59,484 nucleotides of DNA from Acidobacteriota bacterium (GCA_036507075.1 DASXQR010000069.1:1-59484), one strand, 5' to 3'; positions 39,381-50,229 are shown, counted from the stretch's first letter. Notes: a model not told the origin generated them from the sequence alone. Numbers and translations: made by a program.

Positions 39381-40789
39381 TGCGTTGGTTGTGTTCCACG
39401 GTCTTATGCTGTTGTCTTTGGATCACGGCACAGGCGCAGTCCTTATTCCCTGAAGCGAATCCGGAGCTTGAGAAACTGCTGCAGCGCTCCGTGGTACGTG
39501 TATGGTGGAACTGCGACCTGATGAATCGCGGCCAGTACTTTCGACTGGCCATCAACGGCTCCATCATCGACAATGTCGCTCCCCGTTTCCTTGCCAGCTA
39601 CGAGACGGATGCCTGGGTCTACGATTCAGCCGGACATGTGGTGGCTTACCTGGGACCGGCAGGCGCCTGGATGGATCAGAGCACCCCGCAGCTTGTGGTA
39701 CAGATGACGGATGGCCAGAAGATCAGCGCCAGGCTGATCGGTATCGATGAATCCCAGGGGATTGCAGTGGTCCAGGCAGAGACATCATCGCTGCGGCCGG
39801 TAGCGGTTCAGTTCAAAATTGAGTGGAAACCGTACCAGGAATTCTACGTCGCCACCGTCGATCCGAACTTGAGCCTGGCGCAATGTACGCTGCTGAACGC
39901 CCAGAAACAGCCGGGACTCGATGAATTCAAACTGCAGTTCAAGAAGCTGCGCGTGGGTCGTCCCGGCAATCTGGTTTTCACGCGCGACGGGCAGTTTGCC
40001 GGTATTCTTACTTCTGTAATGCGCGGCGCCAGCGCGGTGCGAAATCTCGCCGTGAACCTCTTGCCCGTGGACCAGATTGTTCCGGCCGTGCAGAAGATCC
40101 TGCGCACGCATTCCAACATAAAAAGCGGCTGGCTTGGCTTGTATCTGGATGAGAAGAGTACGGCGATGGATCAGATCTGGAGCGGCTCGCTATTCGCTTC
40201 CGGAGTGGTGGTCAACAATGTGGTTCCCGGCGGCCCGGCGGCCCGCGCCGGCATTACGGAAAACGATCGCATTCTGAAAGTGAATGACGTGGCCGCCGAA
40301 AACCTGTTCCAGGTGGTGCGAATGATTCAGAAGGCGCCGGTGGGTTCGACATTGAAACTCGAGGTCGCCCGTGGAGACAGAAAGCTGCAGCTTCGCCCGA
40401 TCGTGTCCCGACGCCAGGATTTTGAAAAACCGCCTGAATACATCGTAGAAGTGCTCCGGGATGAAAACGGGACGATCCGGCTGCGACGCGCCGATGATGC
40501 CAAGCTGCAGAGCCGCAATGCGATCTTTCTGGGAATCTACGCAACTGAGACCGTCATGGCGCCTCAGGCCCGCGGGCTGCTGGTGACCGAAGTGCTTCAG
40601 AACACGCCTGCCTTTCAGGCAGGTCTGCAAAAGGGCGACGTCATCGTTCAGGTCAATTCCGTCCCCGTGTCCGACATGAGCCAGTACGCAAAGGCGCTGA
40701 CGCAGATCATGTTCCGTCAGAATCACACCATCACTCTGCGCTGCCTGCGCCAGCAGCGGGAGATCGAAACCAAAATTGTTTTGAAGTAG
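39380..40789 (+). CDS. Exported HtrA/DegP-like protein with two PDZ domains, protease motifs degenerate
   Basis: Signal peptide, GWLGLYL and FLGIY PDZ starts, GPAARAGI and PAFQAGLQKGDVI. Confidence 0.8.
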   Translation: MRWLCSTVLCCCLWITAQAQSLFPEANPELEKLLQRSVVRVWWNCDLMNRGQYFRLAINGSIIDNVAPRFLASYETDAWVYDSAGHVVAYLGPAGAWMDQSTPQLVVQMTDGQKISARLIGIDESQGIAVVQAETSSLRPVAVQFKIEWKPYQEFYVATVDPNLSLAQCTLLNAQKQPGLDEFKLQFKKLRVGRPGNLVFTRDGQFAGILTSVMRGASAVRNLAVNLLPVDQIVPAVQKILRTHSNIKSGWLGLYLDEKSTAMDQIWSGSLFASGVVVNNVVPGGPAARAGITENDRILKVNDVAAENLFQVVRMIQKAPVGSTLKLEVARGDRKLQLRPIVSRRQDFEKPPEYIVEVLRDENGTIRLRRADDAKLQSRNAIFLGIYATETVMAPQARGLLVTEVLQNTPAFQAGLQKGDVIVQVNSVPVSDMSQYAKALTQIMFRQNHTITLRCLRQQREIETKIVLK

Positions 40790-40798
40790 CCCCCATCC

Positions 40799-40897
40799 AA
40801 ATGCGGATTTCGGAATGCGGAATGCGGAATATCTAGCTTAAGTCTTCGAAAGCAGAACCGAGATCGCTTCCTATTCCGCATTCCGAATTCCGCATTT
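40799..40897. repeat. Fold-back element, family J (7-nt ATGCGGA arms), copy 1
   Basis: AATGCGGATTTCGGAATGCGGAAT / ATTCCGCATTCCGAATTCCGCATT. Confidence 0.9.
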
Positions 40898-40975
40898 TCT
40901 GGAGCCGTCCGGTTGTCGACCCTGCCACGCATGCATTACAATTGACTGTTACCCTTTGCTTCCACTGACCTGTCT

Positions 40976-43780
40976 ATGATTGATCGCATTACGGTTCGCG
41001 GGGCCCGCCAGCACAATTTGAAGAATATTGATCTGGAAATCCCTCGCGAAAAACTCACCGTCATCACCGGGTTGAGCGGCTCGGGCAAGTCAAGCCTCGC
41101 TTTTGACACTATTTACGCCGAGGGGCAGCGGCGCTACATAGAGTCGCTCTCTACCTATGCCCGGCAGTTCCTCGAGCAAATGGAAAAGCCCGACGTGGAT
41201 TCTGTGGAGGGGCTGTCTCCCGCCATTTCCATCGAGCAGAAAACCACCAATCGCAGCGCGCGCTCCACGGTTGGAACCATCACCGAGATCTATGATTACC
41301 TGCGGCTCCTTTTCTCTTCTATCGGCGTTCCACACTGTCCCAACTGCGGAAAGCGGATCTCGCGGCAATCGGCTGAGCAGATCGTCGAGAACATCCAGCA
41401 GCTTCCCGCAAACTCGCGCGTGGTGATTTATGCGCCGGTCGTACGGGCGCGCAAGGGCGAGTTCAAAAAGCAACTGGAGAAGTATTTCAAGGCCGGCTAT
41501 CTGAAGGCCCGCATCGATGGCGCAATCCACAATCTGGAAGACGATATCAAGCTGGATAAACGCAAGAATCACACCATCGAAATAGTTGTTGACCGGCTGA
41601 TGGTGAATCGTGAGGTTAAAAAGCGGTTGGAGACTTCTGTTCAGACCGCCATCCGCCTGGCGGAAGGGCTGGTGCTGATTTCCGTGGTCGAGGGCGAGGA
41701 GATTCTCTATTCGGAAAGCATGGCGTGTGTCGACTGCAGGATATCAGTACCCACGCTGGAGCCGAGATCCTTTTCGTTTAACAGCAAGTTCGGCGCATGT
41801 CCCGATTGCGAAGGATTGGGTCGGAGGTTATCGCTCCTTCCCGAACAGATTTTCCCGGACCTCGATCAGCCGATCGACAGCATTGAAGTGAGCATGGAGG
41901 ACCGCGATGCAGTATATTTCCTGCGGGAATCGATCAACGCGATTGCCAGGAAATACGGGATTCCCGTTTCCACCACTTTCCGATCGCTCCCACAGAAAGT
42001 GGTGCGCGAATTCCTGGAAGGCTCTCCGGAGCCGCTCACCTATTTCTACGGAGACTACCGATACAAAGCCGATTTTCCGGGCGCTTCAAACTGGCTGGTG
42101 GACAAATTTCGATGTGAAAGCTCCGATCGGAGAATTGACGAGCTGGAAACGATCTTCTCCTGGAGTACCTGTCCGACCTGCCGCGGATCGCGCCTCAAGA
42201 AGGAAAGCCTGTCGGTAAAAATCAACGGGCTTTCGATCCACGCGTACACGTCAGTTCCGATCGAGCAATCGTTGGATTTGATAACGGCGGTCCGCCTGAC
42301 GGAACGCGAAAGCCGGATCGCCGGGCCCATTTTGAAGGAAATTGCCGAGCGACTGCGGTTTCTCTTGGATGTCGGATTGTCCTATCTGACGTTGGATCGA
42401 CCGGCTTCTTCGCTTTCCGGCGGAGAAGGCCAGCGCATCCGGCTTGCCACACAGATTGGATCCAAAATGCGCGGGGTGTTGTACGTTTTGGATGAGCCCT
42501 CGATCGGACTTCACCCGCGCGACAACAGCAGGCTGATTGAGACGCTGCGGGAGCTTCAGAACCTTGGAAACACCGTGATCGTCGTGGAGCACGATGAGGA
42601 GACAATCCGGAACGCCGACTACATCGTGGATCTGGGTCCGGGCGCCGGTTCTCGCGGAGGCCATGTTGTGGTCGCCGGAGATCTGGATGAAGTTTTGTCC
42701 CATCCTGAATCGCTTACCGGAAAATATCTTTCCGGCCAGTTGACCGTGATTGCCGAGCGCATCCCGCGCGTTCCCGAAGGTCAGCGCCTGCTGCTCAAGA
42801 GAGTGCGCCATCGAAATCTGAAGAACCTGGACGTCGGTTTTCCGCTCTCCTGTCTGATCGCCGTCACCGGGGTGTCAGGCTCGGGGAAGTCTTCGCTGGT
42901 GGATGAAGTGCTGTTTCGCGCGCTTTCAAAGACGCTCTACCGCGCCGCCGCCGAACCCGGCCCGTTCGAGTCGATTCAGGGAATGGAACAGATCGATAAG
43001 GTCATCGAAATCGACCAGTCTCCGCTGGGACGCACTCCGCGCAGCAACCCGGCGACCTATACGGGACTGTTCACACCGATACGGGAACTCTTTGCCATGA
43101 TGCCGGAGTCGCGGCTGCGCGGCTACAAACCCGGGCGTTTCAGCTTCAATGTCAAAGGAGGCCGTTGCGAAGCTTGCCAGGGTGACGGCCTGATCAAGAT
43201 TGAGATGAATTTTCTGCCCGACGTATATGTCACATGCGAAGCGTGCGGCGGCATGCGCTACAATCGTGAAACGCTGTCTGTGAAGTACAAGGGGTATTCC
43301 ATCTCTCAGATACTGGATCTGAATATCCAGGATGCGCTGCCTGTGCTGGAGAACATTCCCGCTATCAAGCAACGGCTGCAGACGCTGGTCGATGTGGGTC
43401 TCGGATATCTCAGGTTAGGGCAATCGGCCACCACTCTTTCGGGAGGTGAAGCTCAGCGCGTCAAACTGGCGCGCGAACTGAGCCGCCGCGCGACCGGGCG
43501 AACTTTATACATACTGGACGAACCGACGACGGGACTGCACTTTGACGACACCAAGAAACTCCTTGACATACTTCATAGCTTGGTAAATCTTGGCAACACC
43601 GTCATTATCATCGAGCATAATCTCGATGTCATCCGGTCCGCAGATTGGATTATTGATCTTGGACCGGAAGGCGGGGATGCAGGCGGCTACATCGTGGCCG
43701 AGGGCCCTCCCGAGAAGATCGCGCAGTGCCAGCGCTCTCACACAGGCGCCGCGCTGCGACAGCACATGCGGGCACAATGA
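40976..43780 (+). CDS. uvrA: Excinuclease ABC subunit A
   Basis: GARQHNLKN, two [10 protein letters not shown] P-loops, zinc fingers, [12 protein letters not shown]. Confidence 0.98.
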   Translation: MIDRITVRGARQHNLKNIDLEIPREKLTVITGLSGSGKSSLAFDTIYAEGQRRYIESLSTYARQFLEQMEKPDVDSVEGLSPAISIEQKTTNRSARSTVGTITEIYDYLRLLFSSIGVPHCPNCGKRISRQSAEQIVENIQQLPANSRVVIYAPVVRARKGEFKKQLEKYFKAGYLKARIDGAIHNLEDDIKLDKRKNHTIEIVVDRLMVNREVKKRLETSVQTAIRLAEGLVLISVVEGEEILYSESMACVDCRISVPTLEPRSFSFNSKFGACPDCEGLGRRLSLLPEQIFPDLDQPIDSIEVSMEDRDAVYFLRESINAIARKYGIPVSTTFRSLPQKVVREFLEGSPEPLTYFYGDYRYKADFPGASNWLVDKFRCESSDRRIDELETIFSWSTCPTCRGSRLKKESLSVKINGLSIHAYTSVPIEQSLDLITAVRLTERESRIAGPILKEIAERLRFLLDVGLSYLTLDRPASSLSGGEGQRIRLATQIGSKMRGVLYVLDEPSIGLHPRDNSRLIETLRELQNLGNTVIVVEHDEETIRNADYIVDLGPGAGSRGGHVVVAGDLDEVLSHPESLTGKYLSGQLTVIAERIPRVPEGQRLLLKRVRHRNLKNLDVGFPLSCLIAVTGVSGSGKSSLVDEVLFRALSKTLYRAAAEPGPFESIQGMEQIDKVIEIDQSPLGRTPRSNPATYTGLFTPIRELFAMMPESRLRGYKPGRFSFNVKGGRCEACQGDGLIKIEMNFLPDVYVTCEACGGMRYNRETLSVKYKGYSISQILDLNIQDALPVLENIPAIKQRLQTLVDVGLGYLRLGQSATTLSGGEAQRVKLARELSRRATGRTLYILDEPTTGLHFDDTKKLLDILHSLVNLGNTVIIIEHNLDVIRSADWIIDLGPEGGDAGGYIVAEGPPEKIAQCQRSHTGAALRQHMRAQ

Positions 43781-43815
43781 ATCAAACTCTGGTTGGCACC
43801 CAAGGTGAAAGACTA

Positions 43816-43863
43816 GCTTGGTGCCTTGGTGGTTCATTTTTTTGACCACCAAGACACCAAGCT
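43816..43863. repeat. Short hairpin, family K (8-nt CTTGGTGC/GCACCAAG)
   Basis: AGCTTGGTGCCTTGGTGGT..ACCACCAAGACACCAAGCT. Confidence 0.85.
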
Positions 43864-43918
43864 TCCCCAATTTACATAATGCAAGTTCGAAAACCAGTAC
43901 TTTTGACTTTCCTCGGAC

Positions 43919-44881
43919 ATGACCAGGTTCACTCCTTTTAATTTCACCAAGGCAAAGACGTATCCACTGAAATCCAGAAAAAGCAAGGTGAGTGCTTCGG
44001 ATTTCGCTTCACTGCCTGCAGGCGCCGGTTTCAGCGAATTTCTTACCAGCATTCCTTCCATTCTGGCCGGAAAAGATTTGCGCAGCGCGGCAGAAGCGGT
44101 CGTAAACGCCCGCCGGCGCGGCAAACCTGTTATCTGGGGTCTGGGAGGGCACGTGATCAAGGTCGGTCTGGCCCCTCTGTTGATCGATCTGGCCGCCCGC
44201 GGAGCGCTGTCGCTGGCTGCAATGAACGGGAGCGCCATGATTCACGATTTTGAAGTGGGGCTGTGCGGAGCCACTTCCGAAGATGTGCCTGATCAACTGG
44301 AGCACGGGGAATTCGGAATGGCTGACGAGACCGGAATCTACCTGAATCGAGCAGCCCGCCGCGCCCGGGAGGAAGACACGGGTCTGGGGGAGGCGTTGAT
44401 CCGTGAACTGGCAAACATGGAACTTCCTTTCCGCCAAAACAGCCTGCTGGGCCAGGCGCGGGATTATGGAGTCTCGATCACCGGACACCTGGCGATTGGT
44501 ACGGATATTACGCACATCCATCCCTCGGCGGATGGGGAGTCTCTGGGAAGAGCCACCTTTCGCGACTTCCAGATTTTCACATCTGCCGTAAAGGAACTGA
44601 ACGAAGGCGGCGTTTACATCAATGCCGGCTCAGCCGTGATTCTTCCTGAAATCTTTCTCAAAGCTGTGTCCGTGGTTCGCAATTGCGGGCATGCGTTGAA
44701 GAACTTCACGACCATAAACCTGGATTTCATCCAGCATTACCGACCGACGCAGAATGTGATTCGAAGGCCGGTGATGCAGGGCGGCATCGGGATTGCGCTT
44801 ACTGGACATCACGAAATCCTGATACCGCTGCTGGCCGCGATGCTGCGCGAGAGAATGGACAAGACCGTAACGCCTGGCTAG
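43919..44881 (+). CDS. Conserved protein, deoxyhypusine-synthase-like fold (function unknown)
   Basis: GGHVIKVGL, HDFE, GEFGMADET, IGTDITHIHP, GSAVILPEIFLKA, GHHEI; family recognised from memory. Confidence 0.65.
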   Translation: MTRFTPFNFTKAKTYPLKSRKSKVSASDFASLPAGAGFSEFLTSIPSILAGKDLRSAAEAVVNARRRGKPVIWGLGGHVIKVGLAPLLIDLAARGALSLAAMNGSAMIHDFEVGLCGATSEDVPDQLEHGEFGMADETGIYLNRAARRAREEDTGLGEALIRELANMELPFRQNSLLGQARDYGVSITGHLAIGTDITHIHPSADGESLGRATFRDFQIFTSAVKELNEGGVYINAGSAVILPEIFLKAVSVVRNCGHALKNFTTINLDFIQHYRPTQNVIRRPVMQGGIGIALTGHHEILIPLLAAMLRERMDKTVTPG

Positions 44882-44888
44882 CTGCGAG

Positions 44889-45000
44889 TTGGAATTCCGA
44901 ATGCGGAATGCGGAATGCGGATTATACACAACTTACGTCTGTTAAGCCGAGTCAGAAATCGCTCGCCATTCCGCATTCCACATTCCGAAATCCGAATTTG
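44889..45000. repeat. Fold-back element, family J, copy 2
   Basis: GAATGCGGAATGCGGAATGCGGA / ATTCCGCATTCCACATTCCGAAATCCG. Confidence 0.88.
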
Positions 45001-45071
45001 AGGCCGGCTTAGGTTTCGGCCCGAGGACTGCGTTGCGTTTTGCTGGAAGTGATTGTCTGGGATTACCTACT

Positions 45072-46436
45072 ATGCGCTGTTACAACAACATTACCGAGGT
45101 GATCGGCAATACTCCTTTGATCCGCTTGTCGAAAATTTCCCGCAATCTCAAAGCCACGATACTGGCCAAGGCGGAATATCTGAATCCCGGCGGGAGTGTG
45201 AAGGACAGAATCGCGCTGGCCATCATCGATGATGCGGAAAATTCAGGCAAGCTGAAGCCGGGCGGTACCGTGATTGAAGCCACCGGAGGGAACACGGGGG
45301 CGGCGCTTGCCCTGGTCGCGTCCTACCGCGGATACAAGACCCTGTTCACGATGCCTGACAAAATGAGCCAGGAAAAGGTGCGTATTCTAAAGGCCCTGGG
45401 CGCCGAAGTGATCATTACTCCATCGGCAGTCCCGCCGGATTCGCCGGAATATTACGTAAATGCCGCCAAGCGTATTCATGAAGAAACGCCCAATTCGATT
45501 TTTGCGAACCAGTTCTTCAACCCGGTAAATCCCGAAATTCATTATCACACCACCGGCAAGGAGATCTGGGAACAGACCGACGGAGAAATCGATTTCTTCG
45601 TCGCCGGCATGGGCACCGGCGGCACCGTCAGCGGCGTGGCGCGCTATCTGAAAGAGAAAAAACCTGCCGTGCGCGTAATCGTGGCGGACCCGATCGGGTC
45701 CATCATCAAGGATTACTTTTACACCAAGCGCGTGGTCAAACCAAGTCCATGGAAAGTGGAAGGCATCGGCGAAGACATGATCCCTCCCAACCACCACTAC
45801 CAGTACGTGGATGACGTAATTCAGGTTACCGATAAGGATTCCTTCATATATGGGCGCCGTCTGGCCCGGGAAGAAGGCATTTTTGCCGGCGGCAGCAGCG
45901 GCACGGCACTGGCAGCCGCCGTAAAAATTGCGCGTATGCAGAGCGAGCCCCGAGTGATCGTGATTCTCTTGCCCGATGCAGGGGATCGCTACATCTCCAA
46001 GTTCCACTCAGACGAGTGGATGAAAGAAAACCGGTTTCTGCAGCCGGAACGCGTGGAAGTGGATTACGTCCTGACCCACAAGGCGACGCGCATGCCAGCC
46101 CTGGTGCATGTCAATCCCGAAACCAGGGTTGGCGACGTGGTGACATTGATGGATGAGTACAATATCTCGCAGGTGCCTGTTCTCGAAGGAAATCGATGCG
46201 TGGGAAATGTCACCGACGCGAAGATCACCAAGAGGATTCTGGAAGACCGAAACGTCCTCTCATCACCGGTTAAGGAACTGATGGAGCCTGCGCTGCCGGT
46301 AGTGGAGAGCGATATGAACATGGACGACGCCATGAGGCTGTTGACGCAGCGGAGCGCGGCACTGCTGGTCAAACGGCATGAAGTGATCGTAGGAATCCTT
46401 ACCCGTCATGACTTGATTAGCTACCTGGCAAAATAG
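45072..46436 (+). CDS. Cystathionine beta-synthase (PLP enzyme with CBS pair)
   Basis: NPGGSVKDRIA, GMGTGGT, VEGIGED, C-terminal CBS domains. Confidence 0.92.
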   Translation: MRCYNNITEVIGNTPLIRLSKISRNLKATILAKAEYLNPGGSVKDRIALAIIDDAENSGKLKPGGTVIEATGGNTGAALALVASYRGYKTLFTMPDKMSQEKVRILKALGAEVIITPSAVPPDSPEYYVNAAKRIHEETPNSIFANQFFNPVNPEIHYHTTGKEIWEQTDGEIDFFVAGMGTGGTVSGVARYLKEKKPAVRVIVADPIGSIIKDYFYTKRVVKPSPWKVEGIGEDMIPPNHHYQYVDDVIQVTDKDSFIYGRRLAREEGIFAGGSSGTALAAAVKIARMQSEPRVIVILLPDAGDRYISKFHSDEWMKENRFLQPERVEVDYVLTHKATRMPALVHVNPETRVGDVVTLMDEYNISQVPVLEGNRCVGNVTDAKITKRILEDRNVLSSPVKELMEPALPVVESDMNMDDAMRLLTQRSAALLVKRHEVIVGILTRHDLISYLAK

Positions 46437-46452
46437 GAACAACGCTTGATCT

Positions 46453-46497
46453 TTGGTGCCTTGGTGGTTAACAGTTTTTGCGCACCAAGACACCAAG
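46453..46497. repeat. Short hairpin, family K, between convergent genes
   Basis: TTGGTGCCTTGGTG..CACCAAGACACCAA. Confidence 0.8.
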
Positions 46498-46511
46498 TCA
46501 CAATATCAGTA

Positions 46512-47258
46512 TCAACCTTTTCCTTCTTCAGCATCTCTTTCCCGCTCGTGGGAAAGCGCCTCCACCGCGCATCCCAAGTGCGTGGCAATACTGGTCAGAA
46601 ACTCAATCTGCTCGCGCTGCATTCCGACCAGCTTGCGCCATTGTTCTTCGCGCAGATCATCCATCTTCAGATGAAGCTGCTGAATCTCCAGCTCCGCCTT
46701 CAGATTCACTTCATAATCGTGGCTCGCATCCAGCCGATCCTTCGCTGACTGGCGATTCTGGCTCATCATAATGACGGGAGCTTGAATGGCAGCCAACATG
46801 GAAAGAAACAAGTTCAACAGGATATACGGATAGGGATCGAAGGCGCCCTTGGGCGTTCGTATCAAAATTACCGAATTCAGTGCCACCCAGCCGGCAAGTA
46901 CCCCGGCAAACAGGAACATAAACGTCCAGCTTCCTCCGAATTGCGCCACGCGATCGGCTACCCTTTGTCCAAACGTGAGAGTTTCATCGAAAGCGACGTT
47001 GGTATCGCGAGTAGCCGTCAGGCGCCCGGTTATTCTTCGCACCAGGTCACGCTCAAACCGTGTAAACCGCGACCATTCAGAGGCAAGAGAACGGCTATGA
47101 TACTTTTGAAAACACTCCGGGCATACCGGCGTGTTCACTTGCCATCCGGGGTGGTCCTTGTTTACCAGGGCCACGAATTCCTTATTCAACTGTGACGGCG
47201 CCTGAAAGCCTTCCACGTTGTCTACCCTGCCGCAAAGCGGACATGCACCCTGTTTCAT
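46512..47258 (-). CDS. DUF1003 family membrane protein
   Basis: ADRVAQFGGSW, FDPYPYILLNL, QAPVIMMSQNRQ; ATG at 47258 with GGAGG. Confidence 0.92.
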   Translation of the reverse strand: MKQGACPLCGRVDNVEGFQAPSQLNKEFVALVNKDHPGWQVNTPVCPECFQKYHSRSLASEWSRFTRFERDLVRRITGRLTATRDTNVAFDETLTFGQRVADRVAQFGGSWTFMFLFAGVLAGWVALNSVILIRTPKGAFDPYPYILLNLFLSMLAAIQAPVIMMSQNRQSAKDRLDASHDYEVNLKAELEIQQLHLKMDDLREEQWRKLVGMQREQIEFLTSIATHLGCAVEALSHERERDAEEGKG

Positions 47259-47268
47259 AAAGCCTCCC

Positions 47269-47372
47269 AAAAGGGGACACAAAAAGGGGACAGTCCCCAA
47301 TTTCAAAAAGGGGACAGTCCCCAATTAATTCACTTCCGACCGGTGGAATTAATTGGGGTCTGTCCCCAAATT
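47269..47372. repeat. GGGGACAGTCCCC palindrome cluster (family L) overlapping the coaE 3' end
   Basis: Two AAAAAGGGGACAGTCCCCAATT units plus inverted AATTAATTGGGGTCTGTCCCC. Confidence 0.85.
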
Positions 47373-47990
47373 TGCCAAATCTGCGTGGTCGGCCATTAGA
47401 CTGGCGTAAACCTGACGGATCTGCCGCTGGGTTTCATTGTACTTACCCGAATTCTCGATCAGGTAATCGGCGTATTTGGCCTTTTCCGATATCGGCATTT
47501 GACGGCTAATCCGCAGCGCTGCCTCTTCGGGCGAGATTCCGTCGCGCGCTATCAGGCGGGCGAACTGCAGTTCTGGAAGGCAGAATACAACTATGATTTT
47601 GTCATAACGTTTGTAACTGCCGGTCTCAATCATCAGGGCCGCGTCGATGATCACGATGGGCGACCGTCGGCCCGCTTTGGCCTTGAACGCCTGCAACTCC
47701 CACTCTTCTTCCTCAAAAACTCTGGGATGGATGATGCCGTTGAGCCTTTTCAGCTTTTCTTCATCGGCAAACACGATTTTGCCAAGCGCCTTGCGATCGA
47801 TCTCTCCGTTCACCAGCAGGATCTCGGAACCAAAAACTCTGAGTATTTCTTCGTATGCAGGTCGTCCCCTGGCGATTACCCGGTGCGCGATTTCGTCGGC
47901 ATCAATCGTATGAGCGCCAAGCTTGCGAAATTCCGCCAGAGCATGGCTCTTTCCGGAGGCGATGCCGCCTGTAAGGCCGACTTTCAACAT
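47349..47990 (-). CDS. coaE: Dephospho-CoA kinase
   Basis: VGLTGGIASGKS, IDADEIAH, IDRKALG, IIHPRV. Confidence 0.97.
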   Translation of the reverse strand: MLKVGLTGGIASGKSHALAEFRKLGAHTIDADEIAHRVIARGRPAYEEILRVFGSEILLVNGEIDRKALGKIVFADEEKLKRLNGIIHPRVFEEEEWELQAFKAKAGRRSPIVIIDAALMIETGSYKRYDKIIVVFCLPELQFARLIARDGISPEEAALRISRQMPISEKAKYADYLIENSGKYNETQRQIRQVYASLMADHADLANLGTDPN

Positions 47991-48063
47991 AGAATCGGAT
48001 AACTATATTCTCTCTCTAACGGGCCGGTTGCTTGATGCTGTCCGGCCAAGATACCCTAACGTA

Positions 48064-48181
48064 CAAATGTGGATTTCGGAATGCGGAATGCCGAATATGT
48101 CCGGTTTGAGTCTTCCGGCATGAGAAGAAATCACTCCCATATTCTGCCATTCCGCATTCCGCATTCCGAAATCCGCATTTG
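48064..48181. repeat. Fold-back element, family J, copy 3
   Basis: CAAATGTGGATTTCGGAATGCGGAATG / CATTCCGCATTCCGAAATCCGCATTTG. Confidence 0.9.
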
Positions 48182-48231
48182 AGCGGCCCAACCCTGACGC
48201 CCCCATATCATGATGCCTTTTTATTTGAAAG

Positions 48232-48261
48232 TTGACACCCCTTTACCGCCTCGGCTACCTT
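48232..48261 (+). promoter_or_regulatory. Possible sigma-70 promoter
   Basis: TTGACA-18 nt-TACCTT, 10 nt before the ATG at 48272. Confidence 0.4.
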
Positions 48262-48271
48262 ACAGCTTTTC

Positions 48272-49252
48272 ATGAAAGACAGGCTGATTCTCGGCGCCAA
48301 GATCATGTCCACACTGGCGCTGCTCTATTTTCTCTATTCTAAAATCGACTGGCCCGAATTTAGAAGGACGCTCAGTCATGCGAATGTATTTTGGCTGGCT
48401 GCCGCGCTCGCTTTCCATTACATCTCCTATTTCTGGAGCGTGGAGCGATGGAAGGTGATTCTGGAAAACTTCAGAATACGGGCGCCTTTCGGCAAGCTGG
48501 TGAGATTGACTTTCATCGGAGGCTTCTTTAACTTGTTTCTGCCATCGATGGTGGGTGGGGATTTCTTCCGCGCGTTTTTCCTGGCGCGTGATGAGGGCGA
48601 GCGGCTGACCACTACGTTGACATCCACAATCCTGGATCGCAGTGCGGGATTTGTCGCCCTGCTTACCATCGGGACTATCTCGGCCGGAATGCGCAGCGTG
48701 TCAATCCGCGGCGTGAGCCTTTTTCCCAGTGTGGCTGCCTTGACTGGCGCTTTTTTTCTGGCGAATGTGGCCGTATTCAGTGAAACCGTTCACTTGTGGC
48801 TTGACGGCCTGTTGCGACGCCGCGGAATGGCGCGCTCCGTTGAGCGTCTGGACGCAGTGGCGGATGGTCTTAAGACCCTCAGTCGAAATGGGAGCGCGCT
48901 GTTCAAATCGCTGTTCATATCCTTCGGAGTACAGTTCCTTTCAGTAGTCATTGTCTGGTGTATCGGGAGGGCTCTGCACGTCGACGTTCCCTTTATCTAT
49001 TTCCTGATTTTCGTTCCCATAATTTCCATCATTACCATGATCCCTCTGACTATTAACGGCATTGGTTTGCGGGAAGGATCATTTTACCTGCTCTTTTCGC
49101 AGGTTGGAATGTCACGCGAATCCTGTGTTTCCATGGGCCTGCTCTTTTATCTCGTCATGGTCCTCACCGCATTGCCCGGGGGCTTGCTCTACTCAATGCA
49201 TAAAACGGAAACGCCTCTGGGCAAGACTTTGAAGGAAATGGGGTCGGTGTGA
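48272..49252 (+). CDS. Lysylphosphatidylglycerol-synthase TM / flippase-like membrane protein (UPF0104)
   Basis: FFNLFLPSMVGGD, LDR, PLTINGIGLRE; multi-pass hydrophobic. Confidence 0.88.
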   Translation: MKDRLILGAKIMSTLALLYFLYSKIDWPEFRRTLSHANVFWLAAALAFHYISYFWSVERWKVILENFRIRAPFGKLVRLTFIGGFFNLFLPSMVGGDFFRAFFLARDEGERLTTTLTSTILDRSAGFVALLTIGTISAGMRSVSIRGVSLFPSVAALTGAFFLANVAVFSETVHLWLDGLLRRRGMARSVERLDAVADGLKTLSRNGSALFKSLFISFGVQFLSVVIVWCIGRALHVDVPFIYFLIFVPIISIITMIPLTINGIGLREGSFYLLFSQVGMSRESCVSMGLLFYLVMVLTALPGGLLYSMHKTETPLGKTLKEMGSV

Positions 49253-50229
49253 AGATACTGTTGACCGGAGGAGCAGGCTTTATCGGATCTCACCTGGCAG
49301 AACGCCTGCTGCCCCGAGGCGACCAGCTTGCGATTGTCGATAATCTCAACTCGTTTTACGATCCCGAGATTAAACGCGCTAATCTGAACACCATTCGCTC
49401 CAAACGCAATTTTGAGTTTTACCAGGACGACATTACCGACCAAAAGGCGATGGAGGCCGTGTTCAGCGAAGTTAAGCCGGATAAGGTTGTCCATATGGCC
49501 GCCTACGCCGGCATAAGACCCTCGCTTGAAGATCCGACTCTTTACAGCCATACCAACGTGACCGGAACCGCGCACGTGCTGGAGCTCTCACGGCGCCATC
49601 GAGTCAAGAATCTCATTTTTGCTTCCTCATCCTCAGTCTATGGCGCCAATAGTAAAATCCCTTTCAGCGAGGATGATCCTGCGGAGCAGCCGATTTCGCC
49701 CTATGCGGCCACAAAGCGGGCCGGGGAGTTGCTCTGCCATACCTACCATCACAATTATGGCCTCAGGATCGCGTGTCTTCGGTTTTTCACCGTCTATGGA
49801 CCGCGCCAGAGACCCGAGATGGCTATTCATAAATTTGCCAGCCTGATAGTGCAGCGAAAGATGATCCCCGTCTTCGCCCGGGGCGCCAGCAGCCGCGATT
49901 ACACATACATCGATGATGTTATCGATGGGACAGTGGCTGCGCTGGACGCTGACCTGGACTTTGAGATCATTAATCTGGGTAACAATCACGCCGTTCCCAT
50001 CATGCACCTGATCGCGCTGCTCGAGAAAGCGCTGGGACTGTCGGCGCAGCTTCAGGAAATGCCTGCCCAGCCTGGCGATGTTCCCGTCACCTGCGCGGAT
50101 ATTAGCCGGGCGGGACGGATTCTGAATTACCATCCGGCCGTTTCGATTGAGACCGGAATTCAAAAATTTGTGGATTGGTTTCGGAAAAAGCCGGAGTTGA
50201 AGTTGACGGAATTTCAGTCCGATCGGTAA
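49249..50229 (+). CDS. NAD-dependent epimerase (UDP-glucuronate 4-epimerase-like)
   Basis: TGGAGFIG, ASSSSVYG, YAATK, LRFFTVYGPRQRPEMA. Confidence 0.92.
   Translation: MKILLTGGAGFIGSHLAERLLPRGDQLAIVDNLNSFYDPEIKRANLNTIRSKRNFEFYQDDITDQKAMEAVFSEVKPDKVVHMAAYAGIRPSLEDPTLYSHTNVTGTAHVLELSRRHRVKNLIFASSSSVYGANSKIPFSEDDPAEQPISPYAATKRAGELLCHTYHHNYGLRIACLRFFTVYGPRQRPEMAIHKFASLIVQRKMIPVFARGASSRDYTYIDDVIDGTVAALDADLDFEIINLGNNHAVPIMHLIALLEKALGLSAQLQEMPAQPGDVPVTCADISRAGRILNYHPAVSIETGIQKFVDWFRKKPELKLTEFQSDR

Noticed and set aside
47259..47324. N-terminal extension MGTVPFLKLGTVPF of the DUF1003 ORF
   Set aside because: Translation of the GGGGACAGTCCCC repeats; the ATG at 47258 has a proper RBS.
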